A stretch of DNA of 64,000 bases from an uncultured Roseobacter sp. (GTDB lineage: Bacteria > Pseudomonadota > Alphaproteobacteria > Rhodobacterales > Rhodobacteraceae): contig NZ_CANLQB010000008.1 of the NCBI RefSeq assembly GCF_947493125.1, positions 115,075-179,074 of the forward strand, given 5' to 3'. The position numbers and the translations under genes were made by a program. Shown here in pieces: positions 10,493 to 18,957 of the stretch; position 1 is the stretch's first letter; each line of letters begins with the position of its first letter. The notes below the pieces were generated by a model, which was not told where the DNA came from, did not search any database, and saw only the letters and a list, made by a program, of their open reading frames with translations.

Positions 10493-11884
10493 ATGCGCCT
10501 GACCCGCTATTTTCTGCCTGTTCTGCGCGAAAACCCTGCGGAGGCGCAGATCGTCTCGCACCGGCTGATGCTCCGCGCGGGCATGATCAAACAGAATGCC
10601 GCAGGGATCTATTCGTGGCTCCCGCTTGGTTTCAAAGTGCTGCGCAAGCTCGAGAACATTGTGCATGAAGAGCAGGTGCGCGCCGGCCATATCCCCATGC
10701 TGATGCCGACGGTGCAGTCGGCGGATCTCTGGCGCGAGAGCGGGCGCTATGACGCCTATGGGGACGAGCTTTTGCGCATTCGCGATCGGCATGACCGCGA
10801 CATGCTCTACGGCCCGACCAATGAGGAAATGATCACCGACATCTTCCGCAGTCATGTGAGCAGCTACAAGGATCTGCCGTTGACGCTCTATCACATCCAG
10901 TGGAAGTTCCGCGACGAAATGCGTCCGCGCTTCGGTGTGATGCGCGGCCGCGAATTCTTCATGAAGGACGGCTACAATTTCGATCTCACCAAGGAAGACG
11001 CGCTGCACGCCTACAACCGCCACCTGGTGACCTACCTGCGCACCTACGAGCGGATGGGTCTGCAAGCCATTCCGATGCGCGCAGACTCAGGGCCTATCGG
11101 CGGCGATGACACCCACGAATTCCTGGTTCTGGCCGATACCGGTGAATCCGAGGTATTCTACGACAGCGCCGTGACCGATCTGACCTTCGGCAACCGCGAG
11201 ATCGACTATGACAGCGTGGAGCAATGCGCCGCGATCATGGAAGAATTCACGACCAAATATGCGCGCACCGATGAAACGCACGACCCGGCGCTGTTCGAAC
11301 AGGTCCCGGAGGAGCGCAGGCGGACCGCACGCGGCATCGAAGTGGGGCAAATCTTCTACTTCGGCACCAAGTATTCTGCCGCAATGGGAGCCGCCGTGCA
11401 GGGCCCGGACGGCAAGCCCACGCCTGTGCACATGGGCAGTCACGGCATCGGGGTCAGCCGACTTGTTGGAGCGATCATCGAGGCGAGCCACGATGAGAAA
11501 GGCATTATCTGGCCCGAAGGGGTCACACCCTTCCATTGCGGGATCGTAAATCTCAAACAGGGCGATGCGCAGGCCGATGCAGCCTGCGACAGCCTTTACG
11601 CCAGTCTGCAGGCGCGGGGGCTCGAGCCGCTGTATGACGATCGAGATGAGCGTGCGGGAGGCAAATTCGCCACCATGGATCTGATCGGCCTGCCTTGGCG
11701 CATCACTGTGGGGCCGCGCGGTTTGAAGAACGGCGTGGTGGAACTGACCAGCCGCCGTACGGGCGAGAGCGAGGAGCTTTCTCCGGAGCAGGCGGTCAAG
11801 ACCGTTTCCGACATCTACAGCGGGCATCGCAGTGACGCACATGTGGAGATGATGTCGACCCGGGCGTTTCACACCTACATCTGA
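10493..11884 (+). CDS. proS: Proline--tRNA ligase
   Basis: [13 protein letters not shown]..., class II aaRS motifs ([24 protein letters not shown]). Confidence 0.95.
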   Translation: MRLTRYFLPVLRENPAEAQIVSHRLMLRAGMIKQNAAGIYSWLPLGFKVLRKLENIVHEEQVRAGHIPMLMPTVQSADLWRESGRYDAYGDELLRIRDRHDRDMLYGPTNEEMITDIFRSHVSSYKDLPLTLYHIQWKFRDEMRPRFGVMRGREFFMKDGYNFDLTKEDALHAYNRHLVTYLRTYERMGLQAIPMRADSGPIGGDDTHEFLVLADTGESEVFYDSAVTDLTFGNREIDYDSVEQCAAIMEEFTTKYARTDETHDPALFEQVPEERRRTARGIEVGQIFYFGTKYSAAMGAAVQGPDGKPTPVHMGSHGIGVSRLVGAIIEASHDEKGIIWPEGVTPFHCGIVNLKQGDAQADAACDSLYASLQARGLEPLYDDRDERAGGKFATMDLIGLPWRITVGPRGLKNGVVELTSRRTGESEELSPEQAVKTVSDIYSGHRSDAHVEMMSTRAFHTYI

Positions 11885-11953
11885 AGCTTTGCTACCGGAG
11901 CCACCTCTGCTAACCTGCCGACGATGCCGCCGGGGGGTGAGCAGGAGCAGGAC

Positions 11954-12451
11954 ATGATCCTTCGTGCAATCACTCTGGCCGCCGGGCTAGCTGGTGCGTT
12001 CGGGGCGGCTCAATTCCCGGCCTATTCCCAGCAATACCTCCAACGTCTCGGCGGTGCGGTCGACGCGCTCTCCGAGGTCGTGGCGGATTTCGATGCGTCG
12101 GCCGCAGCAGAGGGTCTCAGCCGGGCGGAGGCGCTGGCACAGATGCGCGGCACCGACTTTGTCGATCGCCGAAGGGCGGATATGATCCGGACCTTTGACC
12201 GGCATGCGCGGCTGAGCGCCGATCTGGCGGTGCTGCAAGGGCAGGGGCCGTTCATGCGCGCCTATCACGCCGCACATCTGACCGATGCGGAGGTGGCTCG
12301 GCGCGCGTGGCAGACCTTTCAGCCATCCATTCCAGTGACAGTCGCCAGTGGAGCTTTTGCCGGGGTCGGCTTTGGCCTCGGCAGCCTACTCTGCGCACTC
12401 CTGCTGGCTGCTCTGCGCTGGCCGCTCCGGCGCCGGTCCCTGGTGGCTTGA
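11954..12451 (+). CDS. DUF2937-like membrane-associated protein
   Basis: MILRAITLAAGLAGAFGAAQFPAYSQQYLQRLGG... resembles the DUF2937 family. Start set at an internal ATG. Confidence 0.55.
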   Translation: MILRAITLAAGLAGAFGAAQFPAYSQQYLQRLGGAVDALSEVVADFDASAAAEGLSRAEALAQMRGTDFVDRRRADMIRTFDRHARLSADLAVLQGQGPFMRAYHAAHLTDAEVARRAWQTFQPSIPVTVASGAFAGVGFGLGSLLCALLLAALRWPLRRRSLVA

Positions 12452-12503
12452 CCCCCCGCCGCCAAAGCATCAGGTTGCGCGCAATCACGATCTAAGGACT
12501 GAC

Positions 12504-13790
12504 ATGGCAACTTCAACCGCTCCTTTTGCGCCTTTTGAATGGATGATCGCCTGGCGCTATCTGCGCGCGCGCCGCGCCGAAGGGGGGGTGAGCGTGATGA
12601 CTTGGATCAGCCTGATCGGTATCACGCTCGCCGTCTTTGCGCTGATCGCGACGCTGGCCGTGCGATCCGGGTTCCGCGCCGAATTCGTCGACACGATCCT
12701 GGGCGCGAATGCGCATGTGACGATCTATTCGCTCGGGCAGGTGACCGAGGCGGGGCAAATCGACCGGTCCATCAGTGACTATGACGCCCTGGCTGCACGA
12801 TTGGCCGAGGTGCCGGGTGTCACGCGCGCGGCACCCTTGATCCGGGGGCAGGTGATGGCGGCCAGCCAGGGGCGGAATGCGGGTGTGGAGGTTTACGGCA
12901 TCGCCCTCGAGGATCTGCAGACGCTCCCCCGTATTGCGGACCCGGAGACGGCGCGAGGAGACATCGCCAATTTCACCGACGGGATCGCCCTCGGCGCTGG
13001 TGTTGCCCGTGAACTCGGCGTCGGCGTGGGAGATACGATCCGGCTGATCTCGCCCGATGGCGTCAAGACGGCCTTCGGTACCTCGCCGCGCGTCAATGGG
13101 TATGAGATCACCTACATCTTCAGCGCGGGTCGGTATGACATCGACCGAACACGTGCGTACCTCCCATTCTCTGAGGCGCAATCTTTCTTCAACCGGGAGG
13201 GTATAGCGGATGAAGTTGAAGTGATGGTAGAAGAACCGGAGCGGGTCGATGACCTCTCGCCAGCATTGCTCGCCGCCGCGGGAGAGAGGGCTCAGGTGTG
13301 GACCTGGCGCGACGCCTCGGGCGGGTTTCTCCGTGCCCTCGAAGTGGAGGACAACGTGATGTTCGTGATCCTGTCGATTCTCGTGCTGATCGCCGCCATG
13401 AATATCGTTTCCGGCCTCATTATGCTGGTCAAGAACAAGGGTCGTGACATCGGTATTCTGCGCACCATGGGGCTGAGTCAGGGATCGGTGATGCGGGTGT
13501 TCTTCATCTGCGGCGCGTTCACCGGCCTGATTGGCACCCTCTTCGGCGTGATCCTCGGCTCGCTCTTCGCGCTCTACATCGACCCGATTTTCTCCTTTGT
13601 GAATGTTGTGATGGGCGGCGGTGTCTGGGACCCGTCGATCCGTGGCATCTATGCACTGCCGGCCGAGTTGCATCTGACGGATGTACTCTCTGCGGTGGCC
13701 CTGTCGCTGGGGCTGTCGTTTGTCGTCACCCTCTTTCCTGCCCGGCGCGCCGCGCGCATGAACCCGGTCGAGGCGCTGCGGTATGAGTGA
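12504..13790 (+). CDS. Lipoprotein-releasing ABC transporter permease (LolC/E family)
   Basis: N-terminus [14 protein letters not shown], an FtsX-type C-terminal domain, and lolD follows with an 8-nt overlap. Confidence 0.85.
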   Translation: MATSTAPFAPFEWMIAWRYLRARRAEGGVSVMTWISLIGITLAVFALIATLAVRSGFRAEFVDTILGANAHVTIYSLGQVTEAGQIDRSISDYDALAARLAEVPGVTRAAPLIRGQVMAASQGRNAGVEVYGIALEDLQTLPRIADPETARGDIANFTDGIALGAGVARELGVGVGDTIRLISPDGVKTAFGTSPRVNGYEITYIFSAGRYDIDRTRAYLPFSEAQSFFNREGIADEVEVMVEEPERVDDLSPALLAAAGERAQVWTWRDASGGFLRALEVEDNVMFVILSILVLIAAMNIVSGLIMLVKNKGRDIGILRTMGLSQGSVMRVFFICGAFTGLIGTLFGVILGSLFALYIDPIFSFVNVVMGGGVWDPSIRGIYALPAELHLTDVLSAVALSLGLSFVVTLFPARRAARMNPVEALRYE

Positions 13791-14466
13791 ACCGGTGCTC
13801 GAGCTCAGCGGCATCGAGAAGTCCTATAACCGGGATCTGCCCGGGGAGGTTGCCGTTCTGCGTGGCGTCGATCTGACCGTAGCGCGCAGCGAGGTCGTCG
13901 CCCTCGTGGCGCCCTCCGGGGCGGGCAAGTCGACCCTTTTGCATATTGCGGGGCTGCTCGATACCGCCGATAGCGGCATGGTGCGGATTTCCGGTCAGGA
14001 CATGAGCGGCATGTCGGACAACCGACGGACAGCGGTGCGACGCGCACAGGTCGGGTTTGTCTACCAGTTCCACCACCTGTTGCCGGAATTCTCTGCGCTC
14101 GAGAACATCGTTCTGCCGCAACTGGTCAACGGGGCGTCCAGGAGTGCAGCTGACACGCGGGCGCAGGCGTTGCTGGAGCGCGTGGGCATTGCCGGGCGGG
14201 CATCTCACCGGCCCGCAGCGCTCTCGGGCGGGGAGCAGCAGCGCGTGGCCTTCTGTCGGGCGTTGGCCAACGCGCCGGAGTTGCTGCTGGCCGATGAGCC
14301 GACCGGAAATCTCGATCCCGGCACGTCGGACCAGGTGTTCGATGCCCTCATGGAACTGGTGCGAGGCACCGGGCTGTCGGCGTTGATCGCCACGCATAAC
14401 ATGGATCTGGCGGCGCGCATGGACCGGCAGATCCGGCTGGACGGCGGCCTGCTGGTGACGGCCTGA
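13783..14466 (+). CDS. lolD: Lipoprotein-releasing ABC transporter ATP-binding protein
   Basis: Walker [10 protein letters not shown], signature LSGGEQQRV, Walker [13 protein letters not shown]. Confidence 0.9.
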   Translation: MSEPVLELSGIEKSYNRDLPGEVAVLRGVDLTVARSEVVALVAPSGAGKSTLLHIAGLLDTADSGMVRISGQDMSGMSDNRRTAVRRAQVGFVYQFHHLLPEFSALENIVLPQLVNGASRSAADTRAQALLERVGIAGRASHRPAALSGGEQQRVAFCRALANAPELLLADEPTGNLDPGTSDQVFDALMELVRGTGLSALIATHNMDLAARMDRQIRLDGGLLVTA

Positions 14467-14539
14467 CATCTCCCAGCAGAGCTTGACGGCTCCCGTGCCT
14501 TTCGACCAACTTGCCTGACGGGACAGTTGGGGATCCGAA

Positions 14540-15523
14540 ATGAGCCATCAGACATTGGACGATATTGAAGCGCTGACCAAGAAGGCGCTAGTGGCTCATG
14601 GCGCGACGGTCTTTGCCGCGACCGAAGTGGCACGAGCGGTGCGGCAGGCCGAGGGGCGGGGCAACAAGATCTGCGGTCTCTATTACGTGGAAAGCTATTG
14701 TCTGCAGCTCCGGAGCGGGCGGGTGGTCGGCGATGCCAGTCCGGTTGTCACCACGCCGCGCCCCGCAACCGTCCATGTGGATGCAGGTTATGGGTTTGCA
14801 CAGCCGGCTTTCGCGCTGGGGTTGGTACCGGCGCTGGACGCGGCACGGCAGTTCGGCACAGCGACCCTGGCGGTGGGGCACGCGCACACCTGCACGTCGT
14901 TGGGCTATTTCACCGAGCAGATCGCACGCGCTGGGTTCATCGGCGTCGGATTCACCAACGCCTCGCCCATCGTGGCCCCACCAGGCGGCAAAACCCGTGT
15001 GATCGGAACCAATCCGATTGCCTGTTCGGTGCCCGATGGGGCCGGCGATATCGCGATGCAGTTCGACCAGTCCACGACCACTGTGGCTCTGGGCAAGATT
15101 GCCATGGCGCAGGCTGCCGGGCAGCAGATTCCGCTAGGCTGGGCTCTCGACGAGACCGGTGCGCCGACCACTGATCCGGAGGCGGCGCTCAAAGGGTCGC
15201 TGGTCTCGATGGGAGGCTACAAAGGGTGGGGTTTCGGCCTGATGGCCGAGATCCTCGCCGCGGGGATGAGCGGCTCTGTCTTGTCCCGCGATGTCAAGCC
15301 GCTGAAAGCACCGACCGGGCCGCATCACGACCTTGGACAGTTCTATATACTGATCGATCCTGGGACCTCGCCCGGGTTTGCCGCGCGGGTCGCGGCGCTG
15401 GCCGAGGCTGTGGGTCTGGACGAGGGGGCGCGCATGCCGGGGCAGCGGCTGGAGATGGCGGATCCGGTGCATGTCGGCGCGCCGGTTTGGGCACGATTGC
15501 TGGAGCTGGCCAACGGCCCCTAG
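14540..15523 (+). CDS. Ldh_2 family oxidoreductase (malate / L-lactate / sulfolactate dehydrogenase family)
   Basis: 327 aa with the Ldh_2 pattern (IGTNPIACSVP..., GGYKGWGFGLMAEILAG). Confidence 0.8.
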   Translation: MSHQTLDDIEALTKKALVAHGATVFAATEVARAVRQAEGRGNKICGLYYVESYCLQLRSGRVVGDASPVVTTPRPATVHVDAGYGFAQPAFALGLVPALDAARQFGTATLAVGHAHTCTSLGYFTEQIARAGFIGVGFTNASPIVAPPGGKTRVIGTNPIACSVPDGAGDIAMQFDQSTTTVALGKIAMAQAAGQQIPLGWALDETGAPTTDPEAALKGSLVSMGGYKGWGFGLMAEILAAGMSGSVLSRDVKPLKAPTGPHHDLGQFYILIDPGTSPGFAARVAALAEAVGLDEGARMPGQRLEMADPVHVGAPVWARLLELANGP

Positions 15524-15954
15524 ACCTTCTGCGTGACAAAAACGCCTGCCGCCATGAGTGCTATTCCAAGCGCGCGCGTGGCATCGACCGGCACCACACG
15601 GGCGCCGAAAAGCCCGAAATGATCGATCAGAGCCGTACTGATCAGCTGTCCAAGCAGCACGAAAAATACAGCGTTTCCAACGCCAAAGACCGGTGCGACA
15701 TAGGTGATCGACAGCACGTAGAAGGCGATCAGCACCCCGGCGAGAAAGAGGTGGCGCGGCGCGATCGTGATTTTGGCAAGCGCCTGTGGTCCGGTGAGAA
15801 CCATGACCGTGGCCGAGGTCGCCAAGGCGATGGCGAAGAGTACGGTTGCCGCCGCTGCCGGAGAGCCGATGCGCACGCCGAGCGCTGCGTTGAGGGCCGC
15901 CAGCACCGGGATGCCGATCCCCGCGACCAACATGATCAAGGCGTAAGGGGCCAT
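15520..15954 (-). CDS. DMT-superfamily small membrane protein (DUF606 / YdcZ-like)
   Basis: 144 aa with four predicted TM helices. Its stop overlaps the convergent Ldh_2 stop by 4 nt (CTAG). Confidence 0.6.
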   Translation of the reverse strand: MAPYALIMLVAGIGIPVLAALNAALGVRIGSPAAAATVLFAIALATSATVMVLTGPQALAKITIAPRHLFLAGVLIAFYVLSITYVAPVFGVGNAVFFVLLGQLISTALIDHFGLFGARVVPVDATRALGIALMAAGVFVTQKV

Positions 15955-16059
15955 TCATACATCTCCTTTAGTCTGCAGCTATTGACGGTGACCATGGCGG
16001 CGCGATGCGGTAGCGGCAAGCCTGATTGTTGACGCTGAGGACAGAAAGGAGCTCGGGCC

Positions 16060-16458
16060 ATGCGGCGCGCGGTGATGACATCACTGGTGATGTTGGGGCT
16101 GATTGCCTGCGGGCGCGACGCGCCTGAAAGCGGCGCTGCTCTCTACGCGGCCAATTGTGCGGTCTGCCATGGTGCAGACGCCCGAGGCGGCGGGGGTGGC
16201 GGGGTCGAGGGGCTGAGCAAGACCCCACCGGATCTGACACGCCTAGCAGCAGGCAACGGCGGTGTCTTCCCGACAGAGCGGGTTCTGGCAGCGCTGCAGG
16301 GCTATGGGCAAGATGGGCAGCACTGGCCTCGGATGGCAGGCATGCGGGCACTGCAGAGTGAGGGGCGGGATCGTCTGCGCATCGGTGGAACCCGGGTGAG
16401 AACGACCGAGCCGATCGCGGAATTGCTGCGCTATCTGGACAGCGTCCAGGCGCCCTGA
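16060..16458 (+). CDS. c-type cytochrome (lipoprotein signal)
   Basis: Heme-binding CAVCH motif. The lipobox-like N-terminus is LGLIAC. Confidence 0.75.
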   Translation: MRRAVMTSLVMLGLIACGRDAPESGAALYAANCAVCHGADARGGGGGGVEGLSKTPPDLTRLAAGNGGVFPTERVLAALQGYGQDGQHWPRMAGMRALQSEGRDRLRIGGTRVRTTEPIAELLRYLDSVQAP

Positions 16459-17136
16459 TCAGCGGCAGATCCCTTCAATGTCGACGCCGTCCCACGGCAG
16501 GCCGACTGCATAGGCGCGGGCGTCTGGCAGAGGCGCGACGGGCATGGCCTGTGAGATCAAGGCGTGCAGGCGCTCCGTCCGGGGGGCTGTAGGATCGAGT
16601 GCGCGGCAGCAGACGAACTCTTCCATGATCGCGCCCTGCTGCTCGAACCCGAAGTCGCTGAACTGGGGATTTGCATTAAGATCAAACAGATAGGGGTCAC
16701 CAGCGCCGCCGTGTTCGAAGGCCGCACGCAGGGGGGTGTAGCCGGTTTCGCGGCGGTTCTGCCATTGCCAGACATGCACCATCTCATGGGCGAAGAGCAT
16801 GGCGGCGACCAGGCCGATTTGATCAGGATATTCAGGCAGATAGTCGTCGAGATACCAGTCTTTGTCGAAGAGGATGCGGTTCCAGAGCGCCATGGCGGCG
16901 GGTTTGGAGGTGATGATCTCATCGGTGGGCGGCGGCAGGATACGCTCGCGGCAGGTGGTGCGCGGGCGCGGCTCGCGGCGGAAGGTGACCGCACGGGTGG
17001 GCGCGCCATCGACCAGGCGCACCTTCGAGACGTCCACTGTGTCGCCGTGTATCGTGCGGGCGAAGGCCACCTCGTTCGGGGTGAGCGGACGCCCGCAGGC
17101 GGTGAGGATCAGCAGCAGGATGAAGGCAAATCTCAT
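16459..17136 (-). CDS. Putative zinc-metallopeptidase-like lipoprotein (HExxH)
   Basis: Start set at MRFAFILLLILTACGRP (lipobox). Contains HEMVH in LFAHEMVHVWQWQ. I recognise no named family. Confidence 0.6.
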   Translation of the reverse strand: MRFAFILLLILTACGRPLTPNEVAFARTIHGDTVDVSKVRLVDGAPTRAVTFRREPRPRTTCRERILPPPTDEIITSKPAAMALWNRILFDKDWYLDDYLPEYPDQIGLVAAMLFAHEMVHVWQWQNRRETGYTPLRAAFEHGGAGDPYLFDLNANPQFSDFGFEQQGAIMEEFVCCRALDPTAPRTERLHALISQAMPVAPLPDARAYAVGLPWDGVDIEGICR

Positions 17137-17370
17137 GTCTTCAGTGGGCCTGAAAAAGACTGTCCGATCAAGCCTCTGCGTGGGTTCTGCAAAGAAAAGT
17201 GAGCGGGTCGGAGTGTTACAGATCTGTCCCGGGACGGTGATCGGGCGTGACCAAGATGGGGCTTTTTGTGTCACCATGTCACACCCATCTGAGGCTCAGA
17301 CCGCGGGGCCAGACCGGCTTTGCGGCACGCACCGCAGCCCCGCGGGGGCTGCCTGGAAAGGAGAGCCAAA

Positions 17371-17463
17371 TTGGCAAAAGTTATCGTTCCGACCGTCCTT
17401 GGATTTGTCTCGCTGATGGGGGTCTGGGTCGTCTACGGATCGATCCACACGGTTGTGATCTGA
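17371..17463 (+). CDS. Candidate 30-aa hydrophobic small protein (TTG start)
   Basis: AGGAG at 17359-17363 lies 7 nt upstream of TTG. The translation is MAKVIVPTVLGFVSLMGVWVVYGSIHTVVI, a single TM-like helix. A long stem-loop with a T-rich tail follows. The ORF is below the size cutoff of the ORF track. Confidence 0.3.
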   Translation: MAKVIVPTVLGFVSLMGVWVVYGSIHTVVI

Positions 17464-17480
17464 TCCCTACATCTGCGCAC

Positions 17481-17545
17481 GCGCAACGGGCGGGGCACCT
17501 TCAGGGGTCCCGCTCCGGGATTGCGCCTCTTTTCTTTGTTTTTAT
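17481..17545 (+). terminator. Intrinsic-terminator-like stem-loop with T-rich tail
   Basis: GCGCAA (17481-86) pairs with TTGCGC (17521-26), and inner GC-rich pairing gives about 16 bp in total. The tail is CTCTTTTCTTTGTTTTT. Confidence 0.4.
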
Positions 17546-17555
17546 GGAAAAACCC

Positions 17556-17610
17556 ACGTCGGTATTGCGTCGGTATCACGTCGGTATTCTGTCGGTGCGC
17601 AGGTCGGTTT
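17556..17610. repeat. 11-bp tandem repeat, 3 near-perfect plus 2 degenerate units (core GTCGGT)
   Basis: The units are ACGTCGGTATT, GCGTCGGTATC, ACGTCGGTATT, CTGTCGGTGCG and CAGGTCGGTTT. GTCGGT cores start at 17558, 17569, 17580, 17591 and 17603, so the spacing is 11, 11, 11 and 12. Confidence 0.8.
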
Positions 17611-17747
17611 CCTCCGCGCATCGACCGATTTTTAACCCGGTGGCAAGCCAGGTTAAGCGCGTGTGAGCGGTGCGGCCTTTGCGGCTTGCCGTCTTGACCG
17701 ACCGCGCGAATTGTCCATGCTGACCCCATTTGAAGGGGGAGTAATTC

Positions 17748-18089
17748 ATGACATTTCGGGTTCTGGGCTATGCCGCGGCGCTGATGCTGATGGGGAGCGC
17801 GGCGTTGGCGCAAGGGGAGGCCGTCGGCATAAAGGGAGAGCGGCTGCTCTTCTGTCCGACCGCCGGTGCGCTGAGCACAGTGGCGGCGAATTTCACGGTG
17901 CAGGAACTGGCCAGCGGGCGGATGACGGCGCAGAAGGTCAAGGCGGTCATGCCGGGTTGCGGTGTGAGCACGGAGTTGGCGCTTCTGGGCAAACGCAAGC
18001 TGGACCGCAAGCGTGTGACCAGCAAGGACGGTCAGCCGATGTTCGTCGTGCGGGGCGTGGGTGGCCGCCGGATTATCATCATCAAGTGA
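17748..18089 (+). CDS. Hypothetical secreted protein
   Basis: GGGGGAG SD lies 6 nt upstream of the ATG. Signal peptide MTFRVLGYAAALMLMGSAALAQG; two Cys residues; no family recognised. Confidence 0.5.
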   Translation: MTFRVLGYAAALMLMGSAALAQGEAVGIKGERLLFCPTAGALSTVAANFTVQELASGRMTAQKVKAVMPGCGVSTELALLGKRKLDRKRVTSKDGQPMFVVRGVGGRRIIIIK

Positions 18090-18471
18090 GGGTGAGCGGC
18101 GTCTGGGACGCGCTCCGGAGGAGCGCTTCAGCTGTGAACGCCCGACTCCGCAAAAGCAGCGCTTTCGCTCTGTCAGGTGACGGTCATGCGGGGCATGACC
18201 TGAGGCGGAGCCCCGGACGTGGCGCAACAAAGACACTTCGAAACGGTTGATCAGGGACGACTCCGCAGATGCTGCGCATCCGCTCTGTCGCCCGACGCAG
18301 GCGATACGCGCCTACTGGGCCGTGCCCGACCTCGGGCCGGAGGCTGTCTTGCAAAAGGTCCGGGGGACCTTTTGAAGCCGGAGGGGGGCGTGAGCCCCGG
18401 GGTGCACGTATGTGCGCCCTCCCCGTGGGGGAGGTCGGTCGCGGCCCGAGGCGGGGCCTCGGGCTTTGGAG

Positions 18472-18957
18472 CTACTTGTTTCCTCCGAGAGTCATCCAGC
18501 GACTAGTCAACTGATCTATTTTCTGAAAAAGTTCACCAATCCGTTCCTGACTGGCATCCATTTCTTGATTTAGGCTTCTGATCTCTTCCACCGCCTCACT
18601 GCCAGCTGACCTAATCTCTCTTCTCTCCAACCGGCGAATTGCCCGAGATGCCTGCACCAAGTCTCGCAGTTTCGTGTGTATTTCTAATGAGAATAGATAC
18701 TTGGCTTCATCTAGGCGCTGCATAACCTCGAACTCGTTTTGCCTTTGTTCTCTCTCTTCGGCTAAGCCTGCTTGTTGTGCTACTCTTTTGGCAAAAGAGA
18801 TGATCGCGTACCTACGGTCGAATAGCTTCTCGTCTAGGGATGATTTGGCTAGCTTCCATTGCATGTAAGCAATGTAGGCGACCGCAACGCCGATGATGAT
18901 TGGCCCAAGCGCCCTTACGTACTCGATCCAGTGTGGATCCGTCCCAGCACTACACAT
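18472..18957 (-). CDS. Hypothetical membrane-anchored coiled-coil protein with low GC and atypical codon usage
   Basis: 161 aa with an N-terminal TM helix (GPIIIGVAVAYIAYMQW) followed by charged helical sequence. GC is ~50% against a ~64% background, and AGA/AGG/CTA/TTA/ATA/AAA codons are frequent. The ATG overlaps the parE stop (ATGTGTAG), and GGAGGAG lies 4 nt upstream. Confidence 0.6.
   Translation of the reverse strand: MCSAGTDPHWIEYVRALGPIIIGVAVAYIAYMQWKLAKSSLDEKLFDRRYAIISFAKRVAQQAGLAEEREQRQNEFEVMQRLDEAKYLFSLEIHTKLRDLVQASRAIRRLERREIRSAGSEAVEEIRSLNQEMDASQERIGELFQKIDQLTSRWMTLGGNK

Noticed and set aside
17441-17449. cGATCCACA, an 8/9 match to the DnaA box consensus, near the 11-bp repeat array (possible origin-like region)
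   Set aside because: It is a single box lying inside the candidate small ORF. There is no cluster of boxes, no AT-rich unwinding element, and no origin-linked genes nearby. The match is compatible with chance.
17247-18236. 139-aa (+) and 267-aa (-) ORFs covering the gene-poor patch
   Set aside because: Their translations are Arg/Pro/His-rich without SD sequences. They overlap the better-supported small ORF, the repeat array and the signal-peptide ORF at 17748-18089.
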